64,000 nt of DNA. It comes from Dendrobates tinctorius (lineage: Eukaryota). Below the pieces are notes generated by a model. The model saw only the letters and a program-made list of their open reading frames with translations, was not told the DNA's origin and did not search any database. Shown piece by piece: positions 12,088-23,870 of this stretch. The position numbers and the translations under genes were made by a program. The stretch spans positions 21,824,001 through 21,888,000 of the forward strand of contig NW_027361706.1 of NCBI RefSeq assembly GCF_039654945.1, written 5' to 3'. The first letter of the stretch is position 1, and each line of letters opens with the position of its first letter.

Positions 12088-14119
12088 CTATCAACAAAGT
12101 TCCGAGGCGCCTTCCCAACTGGGTGGCCGACTCCTTTTTTTTTTTTTTTTTTTTCTGGGACGTCTGGCTTGCCTCAGTGGAAAACGCTTGGGTCAGGGAA
12201 GTTGTATCCTCAGGATACAAGATAGTTTGTCTCTCGGCCCCGGGATTGTTTCTTCGAGTCCCGACCTCCAAAAGACCCCGCCCTAGTTCCGGGTTTCTTT
12301 GCATCCATCGCCACCCTTCTCAGCTCCGGGGTGATTGTGCCCGTTCCCGAAACAGAACGATTCACAGGGTTTTACTCAAACCTGTTTGTAGTGCCGAAAA
12401 AAGGCGGCTGGGTTCGGCCCATTCTGGACCTCAAACTACTGAACAAAAGGGTACGCCTGTGACACTTCAGGATGGAGTCCCTTCGTTCAGTAATCGCTTC
12501 CATGGAGGCGCAGGAATTCATGTGCTCAATAGACATTCAAGATGCCTATCTGCATGTCCCCATTTTTCTCGGGCATCAGAAATTCCTGCGTTTCGCTATT
12601 CATCAGGACCACTGCCAGTTTGTTGCCCTGCTGTTCGGTTTCGCCACAGCGCCCAGAGTGTTTACAAAGATCATGGCGGCGTTGATGGCCCTGTTGAGGA
12701 TCAGAGGTCTCGTCCTCTTTCCGTACCTCGACGACATTCTTTTTTTAATCAGATAGTTTTTATTAAAAGTTTTAGAAATGACAGGCATGTACAACTTACA
12801 ACATGTTGTCAAACATTCCCTTCCCCCATAACACCCCCCTCCCCTTGTCCGATACCTCGACGACATTCTAATCAAAGCTCCGTCTTTTCACCAGACTCTC
12901 CAAAGTCTTACCATCGTTCTCGACACCCTGGCCAATTTCGGGTGGCTCGTAAACAAAAGGAAGTCCTGCCTTGTTCCGACTCAACTGCTTGTGTTTCTAA
13001 GTTTATTGTTCGACAACCGTCGATCAAGGGTCTTTCTCCCAGAAGAGAAGATGATCTCTCTGCGGCGAGATGTACGAGCGCTGCAGAGCTCACAGCTTAA
13101 ATCTTTCCAGTCTGCCATGAGAGTCTTGGGAAAGATGGTGGCGACGGCCAAAGCAATTCCCTTTGCTCAGTTTCATTCGAGACCGCTTCAACAGGCCATC
13201 CTGGCTCGGTGGTACAGGTCTGTTCTTTCCCTGGATCGTCCAATTCGCCTTTCGTCCCGGGTCAAACAGTCCCTCAATTAGTGGCTGATGTCGCCTCTCA
13301 TTTCTCTAGGCCGGTCATTCCTTCCGATTCACTGGAAGATTGTGACAACGGACGCCAGTCTTCTCGGCTGGGGGGCAGTGTTTAACAATCAGACTGTTCA
13401 GGGCTGGTGGTCAACTCAAGAGACAACTCTGCCGATCAACGTCCTCGAGATACGGGTGATTTTTCTGTCGATCATTCACTGGGAAAGGCTTCTCAGGGGT
13501 CTGCCGATCCGGATTCAGACAGACAATGCCACAGCTGTGTCATGTCAACCACCAAGGGGGTACACGGAGCTCCTCGGCTCTAGTGGAAGTGTCCAAGATT
13601 CTTCACTGGTTAGAGGCATCAGTTTCAGCGATATCTGCCGTGCACATTCCCGGCGTGGACAACTGGGCCGCCAATTTTCTCAGCCGCGAGGGTGGTCCTT
13701 ACATGCGGACGTCTTTCATCAACTTTGCCGTCGTTGGGGGACTCCGGACGTAGATCTGCTAGCGAGACACTAGCCTGAACAGAAAGTTCCCACAGTTCGT
13801 ATCCAGGGCCCGAGATGCTCTCGCAGTGGGCGCCGACACTCTGACCATTCCCTGGTCTCAGTTCAAGTTCCCCTATCTGTTTCCTCCCCTTCCTCTTCTG
13901 CCCAAGTTGCTGAAGAAAATCAAGGCGGAAGGGGCACCAGTCATCCTCATCGCTTCGGATTGGCCAAGAAGGTCTTGGTTTGCGGACATCGTCAACCTTC
14001 TCGCAGACGCCCCCTGGAAGCTTCCAGACAGAGCACATCTGCTGTCTCAGGGTCCAATCTGCCACCCCAATTCTCTGCCGCTCAATTTAACGGCGTGGCT
14101 GTTGAGACCTCTGTTCTGA
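12084..14119 (+). pseudogene. DIRS1 RT / RNase H / adenine-methyltransferase-like region, disrupted
   Basis: SIDIQDAYLHVPI, FGFATAPRVFTK and YLDD (RT); TTDASLLGWG, INVLE and TDNATAV (RNase H); YLFPP..WPRRSW (MTase-like); internal stops and frameshifts. Confidence 0.93.
12741..12852 (-). mobile_element. 5'-truncated L1-clade LINE 3' end inserted in the DIRS1 RT
   Basis: 17-bp TSD TACCTCGACGACATTCT (12724-12740, 12853-12869); minus-strand AATAAA and A tail; target site TTCT/AA. Confidence 0.85.
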
Positions 14120-15163
14120 AACTGTCAGGTTTTTCGGATCGGGTTATCCACACCATGATCCGGGCTAGAAAGCCATCGTCTTCCAAGATTTATTATCGCA
14201 CGTGGAAGGCCTATTTCACTTGGTGCGAGGCCAATGACATTCCGCCCATGTCCTTTTCTCTCCCTTCTATCCTGGCGTTCCTTCAGGCAGGCTTGGATGC
14301 GGGCCTTGCCCTCAGCTCTTTAAAGGGTCAAGTTTCGGCGCTTTCCATCCTTTTCCAGAAGACGTTGGCCTCCCAACCGCAGGTCAAGACTTTTCTTCAG
14401 GGAGTGGCTCATGCGGCACCTCCGTACCGTGCTCCTGTTGATCCATGGGATCTCAATCTGGTTCTGTAGGCTCTACAAGGTTCACCCTTTGAGCCTCTCA
14501 GGGAAGTTTCCCCATCGCTTCTCTCCTGGAAGGTAGCCTTTCTGGTCGCCATCACCTCCATCCGGCGCATGTCGGAATTGGCGGCCCTTTCTTGTTGCCC
14601 CCCCTTTCTTAGTGCTCCATCAGGATAAGGTGGTCCTGCGGCCCCCGCCTTCCTTCCTGCCTAAGGTGGTGTCCACTTTCCACCTAAATGAGGACATTGT
14701 TCTCCCGTCCTTTTGTCCGGGTCCAATCCACCCAATCGAGCGCTCCTTGAACAAGCTAGACCTGGTCAGGGCGATAAAGGTCTACCTGGCTAGAACGGCT
14801 CCCTTGCGGAAGACAGACTCACTTTTCATCATTCCAGATGGTGCGCGGAAAGGTCAGCCGGCCTCCAAGGCTACTATTGCTCGCTGGATCAGATCGGCAA
14901 TTTTGGAAGCCTACCAGGTCAATCATCGACTGCCCCCTCCTGGAATTAGAGCTCACTCTACCTTGGCAGTGGGTGCCTCCTGGGCGGTGCGCCACAGAGC
15001 CTCCGCGCTGCAGCTTTGCTTTCTCCTACAGCTTTGCAAAGCTGCAACCTGGTCTTTGATCCACACGTTTACCAAATTGTACAAGGTCCACACCTACGCT
15101 TCGGCGGACGCCAGCCTAGGCAGAAGGATCTTGCAGGCGGTAGTGGTGAGTTTTCAGACCTAA
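13960..15163 (+). pseudogene. DIRS1 tyrosine recombinase, disrupted
   Basis: YYRTWKAYFTW, WDLNLVL, RRMSEL, FLPKVVSTFHLNEDIVLP, AHSTL (HSTR expected) and FTKLY; stop at 14467-14469 and frameshift at ~14611. Confidence 0.92.
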
Positions 15164-15953
15164 TGGAAGTTTGCTTCTCCCTCCCCAGGGACTGTTTTGG
15201 GACGTCCCATGGTTTCTGTGTCCCCCAATGAAGCGATAGAGAAAACAGGATTTTTGGGTTGCTTACCGTAAAATCTGTTTCTTGGAGCCATCATTGGGGG
15301 ATACAGGACCCACCCATGTTTTGCAACTCCTGTTGGTTACAGTAGAGTTGCCTGTTCTGTTCTTGTTCTATTTTGTTACTTCTCCTACTGCTTTCTCACT
15401 AACTGAGGAAATTAGTGCCGGTCGGTGGGGTGTATACTGCGGAGGAGGAGCTAACTTTTTTTTTTTCTGTACATAGTGTCAGCCTCCTAGTGGCAGCAGC
15501 ATACACCCATGGTTTCTGTGTCCCCCAATGAAGGCTCCGAGAAACAGATTTTACGGTAAGCAACCCTAAAATCCTGTTTTTAGGAGCAGAGTTTATATTT
15601 CAAGCATATTACAAAAATCCTGTAAAATCATGCTAAGGCTTATTTTCAGGTAGGTCTAATTTTCAGGGAAACATTTGCTGCTTACCCACAGACTGGTCTT
15701 GTGTCTAATGCTGAAATCACAATTTATTTCACGTGATATTGATGGCCTGGTATGTGAGCATCCCTTATCTGGGAATGTAATGCCATCAGGATGCCCTATG
15801 CAAAAATTAGGCAGTATGACGCAATATATGCTGAATATTTTGGGTCCTGGCTTTCATGTAGATGCTACTGACCTACACCAACTGTCTAAACATTCAGACC
15901 AAGGACACATGTTCACATGGTCCTAATGGCACTGGCCGCTTTCAGCAGAATAA

Positions 15954-16331
15954 AGGTACTGTAACACTTAGCGATGTACCAGCGATCCCGACCAGCGATA
16001 TGACGCGGTCAGGATCGCTGGTACATCGCTAAGTGGTCGCTAGTGAGCTGCCACACAGGCAGATCTCACCAGCGACATCGCTGGGGACGGGGGTCGCTAC
16101 TTACCTGTCACACCAGGCGATCCTGCGTCCTCCTGCCCGGCTCCACGCTCGTCTCTCCACAGGAAGCTGACGACGAGAAACGGTCCAGGATGTTCTCGCA
16201 CGATCAGCGATAACCACCGGGGGAGCGGGTCGTAGGTAAGTAGCAGACACAGCGATGTCGCTAGCAATATCGCTATAACGTCACAAGTTATAGCGATATT
16301 GCTAGCGGTATCGCTTAGTGTGACAGTACCT
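15954..16331. mobile_element. PIF/Harbinger-type MITE (AGCGAT-rich family)
   Basis: TAA|AGGTACTGTAACAC ... GTGTGACAGTACCT|TAA; related copies at ~40640-41019, ~49853-50370 and ~51702-52000. Confidence 0.8.
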
Positions 16332-17339
16332 TAATGCAACCTAGAAAAAGTCCGGTCACCCCCTCCCAACAGATGATCTAAATGAGTCTAAGCAAAACCT
16401 TTGCCCTTTTAGGAATATTGTAGCACAGGTCGCCAGCCCCGAGAAGTCATGTGTCCAAAATGTGATTCTGGACGTAACACAAAGCACCGACCACAGGTCA
16501 TAGAATTGGGGCACAACGTGACCAGAACGTGTACCCAGAACAAAGCTTCATAAGACAGATTGACACAATGGTCATGAAAATGCTGCGTGTCCACCAGTTA
16601 CTCAATGTTTATTGATCCCAAGACTTAGGCAATGTGTATGCCAGGTTTTATCTGTTATTGTGTGTACTATATGGCTGTATGTTTACCGCAGCCCACATGA
16701 CCAAAACTAAACCACGTGGGCCCCTGTGAAAAGTCCACATTGATATTGTGCACTAGTGAGGTATAGACACATTCCTGTAGGAAGGCCAGGCTCACACATC
16801 TTAATTTTGGGGATTTTTCTGCGCATCTGCACCAAAACCGGATTTTGATGGCACTTCTGCATTACAAAGAGTGAAATCTGCAGCACAGATTGACCTACAT
16901 CAGCTAGTTTCTCCAAACGGCAGCTACTTTGTCTGCAAGTGTTATTTGCTGCAGATTTGTAAATCCAGACGTAAAATCCTCATTTCTCCTACACTCAATG
17001 ATTGGCTCGGAGAAAAGGATTTTACGGGGAGTACACAAAAATCCCTATTCTGTCTACCTTGTGTGAACAGAGCCAACACATTGCATTGCAACGATATAGA
17101 TAGATTTTTGCCAAGTGGGCTGACACTCGCTTTGAGGATGGTGCTCCATGATTTTCCTAATTAGAAGAATAAAGAAAAAAAAAATCTCGACCAATATCTA
17201 TCACCTAAGGGTTATATTTGTTGTAAAGGCTGAAAATGGCCCCTTGGGAGTTGGCAGATGGAAGTGCAAGGCTCCAGATTACAGCCGTGTACATAGGACT
17301 TCTTGTAACTAACAGTTGTGTTATCATTTTGTGTTTCAG

Positions 17340-17426
17340 TCCGGAGAAGACAGCGACAATGAAAATGACGGAGCCGAGGGACAGCAGAAATTCATAGCAC
17401 ATGTTCCAGTACCTTCTCAAAAAGAG
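17340..17426 (+). CDS. ISY1: ISY1 penultimate coding exon
   Basis: gtttcAG|...|GTAAGA; SGEDSDNENDGAEGQQKFIAHVPVPSQKE. Confidence 0.95.
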
Positions 17427-18796
17427 GTAAGAATCTCAATCATAAATGGGTAAAAAGGCTTGTACAAATGTTGCATTTTAGGTATGTTCGCACAGCGCCT
17501 TTTTCAGGAAGGAAAATGCCTGAAAGGGAACCTGTCAGGTTGTTAGACCTCACACTAATAAATATTGATTATGTTTATTCCTTTGTATTATAATCTGTTG
17601 GCAAATTTATGCAAATGAGGTCACAAGTGCGGGGGAATTGGACCGCAACTACAGCTCACCGGGTTCTCCAGCCTCTTTCTCCTCCCAGTGCCAGCCTCAA
17701 GGCTGTGATTGACAGGTCACTCTTCTCTGTCACCTGCTCCCCAGCCCGAGATCTCGGACAAGTGGCGCATGGGAAGTAAGGTCCTAATGACGTTACAAGA
17801 TCTGGATTATTGATCTGCGTGTGTGCCGCCCCGAGGAATGAAAGCGCCTGCGTGAAATCTCGGGCGAGGGAGCAGGGCGCAAAGAAGAGTGACCTGTCGA
17901 TCTCTGGCGGCAGGAAGAGAAAGAGGCTGGAGAGCTGTAATTGCAGACCAAGCACCCTGCACAAAAACTCACCGTTTTCCAAGAAAACTGACTTTTAATA
18001 CAAATGAATAGACTTGATCAACATTTCAGATGCTTTACATGGATAACCTTAGTTTAGGGTCTAAAACATGCTTTAAAAAAACAAACCAACACTAAATAGG
18101 CTGAACACATGCACTGTAATGTCAGAGGTGGCCGGTTTCCTAGGCAAGGAGCTCAGTGCTTGTAAGCATCGCATCCAGCCAGCTCCAGGGCCCCTGTGCA
18201 CCTTCTAGGCTGCAATTTGCTGGTCCAAACTGTCCTTTATCTAGGATGTCGCATGGCACCCTCACAAGCAGAAAACTGGGAGGCAGAGGAGCAATATGCT
18301 CCTGAAAAGCATACACGAGAACAACTCTCTAAAGCCATTTTCATACAGACCGATAATCGGCAAAGAAGCTGTCATTGTATGAAAGATAATCATTGTTATC
18401 TGCCTTTTATCCCCACCATGAATAGAAGGTGTGCTGCCGACAATATGCAAAATGTTCGGTGACAGAACGATCACATTAGCGATTGTGCTGTCCCCATACA
18501 GTTGGTATTGGTCTGTGTGAATGGACCTTTGAACGAGTGAGAAAAGAGGAAAAAAAATAAAATAAATGTGAGAATTCTTGCCAAACGCTCCTTGTGCCTC
18601 TTTTATTTAATAGCATCATGTTGGCTTTCAGTTAGTTATTTGCAGTTAAACTCTAAATTTTATATAGGAATGATTAATCTGAGTTTGTTCTATATTTACC
18701 ATCAAATAAAGATGAATTATCAGTGCTCTATTTTCATTCCAGTAGTCAGAATAATACAGATTTTTTTTTTTTTTTAAATGAACAAATTTCCTTACA

Positions 18797-19215
18797 GAGA
18801 ATGTGTCACCGGGTTTTTGCTTCCCCTCTGAGAGCAGCAGATACCCTGATTCCACTGATGTTTCTCTTATTGGGCTGCTTGCTTTAGTTTTGATAAAATC
18901 AATTTTTCAACTGCGCAGATTATCACTAAAGGACTAGTGAAACCGCTGCCAGGTAGTCCTCCGTATTTGTGTATCACCCCGCCCCCACCACTGATGGACA
19001 GTTTTCTGCCTATGCACAGTGTTCATAGCTGCCAATCGGGGTTGTGGATGGGGTTATATAGAGCTCAGCATTCAGAGAGAACTGCTAGATCTGCAGCAGA
19101 GAAAACTTTGATGTTATCAAAACTGCAGCAAGCAGCCCAGTAGGTGACACCGCTGGAATCAGGGTCTTTGCCCCTACATCATGCTTCTTTCACGTACAAT
19201 AGCCAAAACCTGGGG
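18797..19215. mobile_element. Kolobok/T2-type MITE
   Basis: Starts AGAGAATGTGTCACC; homologous to 45452-45847. Confidence 0.6.
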
Positions 19216-19834
19216 ACAGTGGTGCGGCTCACCACCAGGGAAATCAAAGGATCTGATGGGTACAAATCACACCTGTTTTGATCCATATTTTTTATTTTTT
19301 TCTCATGTGATGATGCATGTTTAAAGGGTTTTCTGGTTTTGGAAAAAACCCCTGTGTCTCAGCTAAAGTTTGTTTTAAAACAAAAACATAAAAAATTCTG
19401 CCATACTCAGAATTTTTGGGTCGAGTACTAAATCTCCGCTGCTGCTCCTCGTGTCCATTTTCTCTCTTGGGTAGAGCCACTGAGCTCATCACTGTGACCA
19501 TTATCAGATATTCAGAGAAGCGATGGAGACTCTGCACTGGACCCAGGGAGGGTGAGTAAAGCAGTGTTTTTTTTTTGTTTTTTTTTGTTACATACAAACT
19601 GCATCTGGAGGACGGGGGATTACCTAAACTGGAAAACTCGGAAGTATTAAATGCAAGCAATGCTCTTTACATCGGCCGTACTTGCTGATTTCAGCTGGAC
19701 CTGACAATCTTCTGTTGCGGAAGAGTGGGGAGGTCCCCGTACACATTTTGTCAGGATAATAAAGGATTTACCACATTGCTGTTTAGTGCCTTCTTTTTAT
19801 TTAGCCATATATCCTTTAAAAATGTGCAAGTTAC

Positions 19835-20165
19835 AGGGATATTCTCATCTACAAGATTCTATTTTAGTATGTAGTATGTTCAATAATAATATTGGCAAAT
19901 ACCTCCAATTAGAAATGTAGTGTAGTTCTTCTGACTTGCTATGTCACTTTCCCCACGTGCAAGGCATTGCAGTAGCTTAGGTATCCATGGAAAAGACCAC
20001 TAACCACTAACTTACTGTCACACTATACGAGTGGTCGTAACCATGGATACCTAAGTTACTGCAATTCACTGGACGTGGGGTAATCAGAAGAACTATACTA
20101 TATTTCTAATTGGAGGTATTTGCTAAAATTATTACACCTACTACATATTAGGATAGGATATTTTA
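19835..20165. mobile_element. Palindromic Kolobok/T2-type MITE
   Basis: Long inverted arms (CAAATACCTCCAATTAGAAAT...GGTATCCATGG / CCATGGATACC...ATTTCTAATTGGAGGTATTTG); same family at 23595-23870 starting TTAA|AGGGG. Confidence 0.75.
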
Positions 20166-20454
20166 TCCTATATATGCATTTATAAGAGTGGGGAAAGGAA
20201 ATGTCAAGGTGCCTGGGCACCTAAAGAACAAAAAAGTATTGACAGATCAGATAGTAAATGCTACTGATCAGTAACTTTTTGAATGGGGCGTGCAGAAATG
20301 TGTACAATGCATCCTGTGAACATGCGCTGGTTGTTACCGCTCTGCACACACACGGCTATGGCTGCAACGTGATGGAGATGCATACGCGCAACGAGATGAA
20401 TATCACAAGGTGTGAACGCTCCTGTACAGTGATCCTATGTGGTTTTTCTTCCAG

Positions 20455-20562
20455 ATCGAGGAAGCCCTAATCCGACGAAAGAAGATGGAGCTTCTCCAGA
20501 AGTACGCCAGCGAGGCTCTCATGGCTCAGAGCGAAGATGCTAAGCGACTTTTAGGCGTTTAA
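20455..20562 (+). CDS. ISY1: ISY1 last coding exon
   Basis: ttcttccAG|; IEEALIRRKKMELLQKYASEALMAQSEDAKRLLGV then TAA. Confidence 0.96.
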   Translation: MEEALIRRKKMELLQKYASEALMAQSEDAKRLLGV

Positions 20563-21298
20563 AATTGTAAATACCTGCAGCCACCCACCAGATCCCTGTA
20601 AATTCCCATTTTGTTACATTTTGTACAGAAAATTAGAAATATAAGACTGATTTTGTACAAAAGCAAGTGGTCATATGGGTGATTACCTTTGAAAAAGATT
20701 GAGGTGTGCTATATATACCCGGTACTGTCTCCCACATGGATGAGGAGCGGTGCCTGCGTCAGCAACATGGTGGTGTGGCCCTGGCAAGAGCCTTGTGTCA
20801 CCATTACTGCGCTGCTATATGGGGGTCCAAGACAATAGGCAATCGGAGCCCCTCTATGCTGAATTGAGATGTCCTCTTTCACTGTCAGTATATGGACTCC
20901 TGACCCGAACTAACAGCATCAGAAGACCTGTGACCGGTCCAGGCATCGAGGGCCTTGAATTGAGCCTTATAGGCCCAAAAAGATGGTTTATCCCTTTTTC
21001 CCAAGATGAGTGATTACTTTGTGGTTTGATCACTTGCTAGAAAGGGATCCCATGTCCAGCTTCTCACGCACACATGCTACTGCGAAAATCATTGACTATG
21101 AGAATGGCAGGAATATCTGAGTGCTGCACTCTGTGATCCATATCTTTGTAGATTGGGTATGAATTGAAGGGTCCCCACTTTTTGCATCTGTAAAAAATGT
21201 TTTTTACATAATTTCCCAATGGTCCAGCTTGAGTTGTGACAATCCTGTATTGTCTGTTGTTTCTCTGTCCTCCTTCTGTGCAAACACCACGGCCGTTA

Positions 21299-22470
21299 GG
21301 CTCGGTCTCTGATGGGTATGAGCGGCTCGGCCTCTGATGTGTATGAGCGGCTCGGCCTCTGATGCGTATAAGCGGCTCGGTCTCTGATGCGTATGAGCGG
21401 CTCGGCCTCTGATGCGTATGAGCGGCTCGGTCTCGGATGCGTATGAGCGGCTCGGTCTCTGATGCGTATGAGCGGCTCGGCCTCTTGATGCGTATGAGCG
21501 GCTCGGCCTCTTGATGCGTATGAGCGGCTCGGCCTCTTGATGCGTATGAGCGGCTCGGCCTCTTGATGCGTATGAGCGGCTCGGCCTCTGATGCGTATGA
21601 GCGGCTCGGTCTCCGATGCGTATGAGCGGCTCGGCCTCTGATGCGTATGAGCGGCTCGGCCTCTTGATGCGTATGAGCGGCTCGGCCTCTGATGCGTATG
21701 AGCGGCTCGGTCTCTGATGCGTATGAGCGGCTCGGCCTCTTGATGCGTATGAGCGGCTCGGTCTCTGATGCGTATGAGCGGCTCGGCCTCTGATGCGTAT
21801 GAGCGGCTCGGTCTCCGATGCGTATGAGCGGCTCGGCCTCTGATGCGTATGAGCGGCTCGGTCTCTTGATGCGTATGAGCGGCTCGGTCTCGGATGCGTA
21901 TGAGCGGCTCGGTCTCTGATGCGTATGAGCGGCTCGGCCTCTTGATGCGTATGAGCGGCTCGGCCTCTTGATGCGTATGAGCGGCTCGGCCTCTTGATGC
22001 GTATGAGCGGCTCGGCCTCTGATGCGTATGAGCGGCTCGGCCTCTGATGCGTATGAGCGGCTCGGTCTCCGATGCGTATGAGCGGCTCGGCCTCTGATGC
22101 GTATGAGCGGCTCGCTCTCTGATGCGTATGAGCGGCTCGGTCTCTGATGCGTATGAGCGGCTCGCTCTCTGATGCGTATGAGCGGCTCGCTCTCTGATGC
22201 GTATGAGCGGCTCGCTCTCTGATGCGTATGAGCGGCTCGCTCTCGGATGCGTATGAGCGGCTCGCTCTCGGATGCGTATGAGCGGCTCGCTCTCGGATGC
22301 GTATGAGCGGCTCGCTCTCGGATGCGTATGAGCGGCTCGCTCTCGGATGCGTATGAGCGGCTCGCTCTCGGATGCGTATGAGCGGCTCGCTCTCGGATGC
22401 GTATGAGCGGCTCGCTCTCGGATGCGTATGAGCGGCTCGCTCTCGGATGCGTATGAGCGGCTCGGCCTCT
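21299..22470. repeat. 25/26-bp minisatellite, ~46 copies
   Basis: Unit GATGCGTATGAGCGGCTCGG(C/T)CTCT(T); 3' block homogenised to ...CGCTCTCG. Confidence 0.97.
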
Positions 22471-22575
22471 CCGTGATCTGAGTTTAACATAAGAGGAAGC
22501 CGGTCATTTCCTTACCAATTACAAAGCTGCTGGACAGACAACATAAATGTTTAGCATAAATGATGAGTTGCTATC

Positions 22576-22860
22576 TAGTGAAGAGCGAACTTGGTCGTCT
22601 GCAGACCAAGTGACTTCGGCGTGCTCGAAAAGTATGTTCGAGTCACTGCAGTTGCATGTCTCGTGGCTGTTCCGCAGCCGCAACACATACATGGGTTGCC
22701 TGTTTGTTAGGAAATTCCTGTATATGTTGCAGCTGTCAAACAGCCATGAGACATGGAGCCGCGGGGACTTGAACATACTTTTCGAGCACACCGAAGACAC
22801 TCGGTTAGCACCTGAGCATGCTCAGATAACACCTTACCCCAGCACATTCGCTCATCACTA
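22576..22860. mobile_element. hAT-type MITE (related to 7329-7600)
   Basis: TAGTGA(A/T)GAGCGAA TIRs; 8-bp TSD TTGCTATC; partial copies at ~37920-38040, ~56760-56869 and ~61190-61324. Confidence 0.88.
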
Positions 22861-22889
22861 TTGCTATCCCAACGCCTGCGATTGATCGA

Positions 22890-23064
22890 AGGCCGGGGTC
22901 GCACTTGTGAGTGTGATGCAAGAAACTCGCGTATCCATACCCGGCACTGCTGCCTGCACTTGGGACCGGAGTGTGTGGCTGCATAGAAATACATGGAACG
23001 GCGGCAGTGCCGGGTATTGATGCGCGAGTTTCTCGCATCACGCTCGCAAGTGTGACCCCGACCT
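22890..23064. mobile_element. Palindromic Harbinger-like MITE
   Basis: AGGCCGGGGTCGCACTTG ... CAAGTGTGACCCCGACCT; partial copy at ~25296-25400. Confidence 0.7.
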
Positions 23065-23594
23065 AAAGGTAATTTACTATTCACAAATGATTATTAGATG
23101 GGATCGCAATTTAGTTGTATCTCACAACTGCGCCCAAATGCTCAGTTCGTTAAGTGTTTTTTTGTCTTTTGTTTTTTTTTTATTAAACAAGCTTAAAAAT
23201 CATTGTCCGTAGCAGCGCATTGTTCTGTGTAGACGGGATGCGCTGCCATTAACATGGGTGTTCTGTGTTCATAAAAGTGCAGTTTGTTAATCTAAACAGG
23301 CCATTATACATCTGCTGGTCGGTTGCGATCTTCATTGTTTCAAACTTTTTTTTTTTTTTTTTTTCTCTGCGAGTTTCTCCATTTTTTGCGGACTATCTTT
23401 TGCATTTTTGACATAAACAATCAAGCGATCCAAGGGTTCCCCTTAAAATCACGAAATATATAATATCAACTGTGCAGCAAAAACACCACCGAAAATACAA
23501 CACGCATTTTGTTGGTTGATGAACGTAAAAATTGACTGAAGCTTGCTAACAAATAACTTAAGTCGCTAATCGTATACAGCACTTCGGAACTTAA

Positions 23595-23870
23595 AGGGGT
23601 TTCCCATCTTCAAGATGCTCTCCCATTATCTAGTAAGTGTAATAATAGGAAATACCTTGAAATAAAAATGTATAGTTCTTCTGATAAGCTATGTCATTTA
23701 CCCCATGTGCATGGCATTGCAGTAGCTTGGGTATCCATGGTTACAACACTCATACAGTAAGTTAGTTGTTAGTGGTTCTAACCATGGATACCTAAGCTAC
23801 TGCAATGCCCTAGACATGGGGTAAATGACATAGCTTATCAGAAGAACTGTACTCTTTCTAATTCAAGGTA
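23595..23870. mobile_element. Palindromic Kolobok/T2-type MITE
   Basis: TTAA|AGGGG start and the same palindromic core as 19835-20165. Confidence 0.7.

Larger units (their letters stand above)
9343..15579 (+). mobile_element. Full-length DIRS1-type tyrosine-recombinase retrotransposon (coding regions decayed)
   Basis: Starts and ends with TTT; inverted terminal repeats ~9353-9500 / ~15383-15532; internal complementary region 15206-15310 matching both termini; gag, RT-RNaseH-MTase and YR ORF remnants. Confidence 0.96.
5656..15673. mobile_element. Short pogo/Tc2-like MITE split by nested insertions (pieces ~5656-5760, ~9202-9342, ~15580-15673)
   Basis: Degenerate TIRs GTTTCTCGAAAACAGGAC ... 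GTCTAATTTTCAGGGAAAC with repeated GG(G/T)CTTATTTT motifs; removing the DIRS1 restores ACTAAGGCGTA-TTTTT-AGGAGCAGAG. Confidence 0.55.

Noticed and set aside
21204-22490. 428-aa minus-strand ORF and CRISPR-like appearance of the 25/26-bp array
   Set aside because: The ORF is a translation of the tandem repeat. There are no unique spacers or cas genes, and the context is a vertebrate genome.
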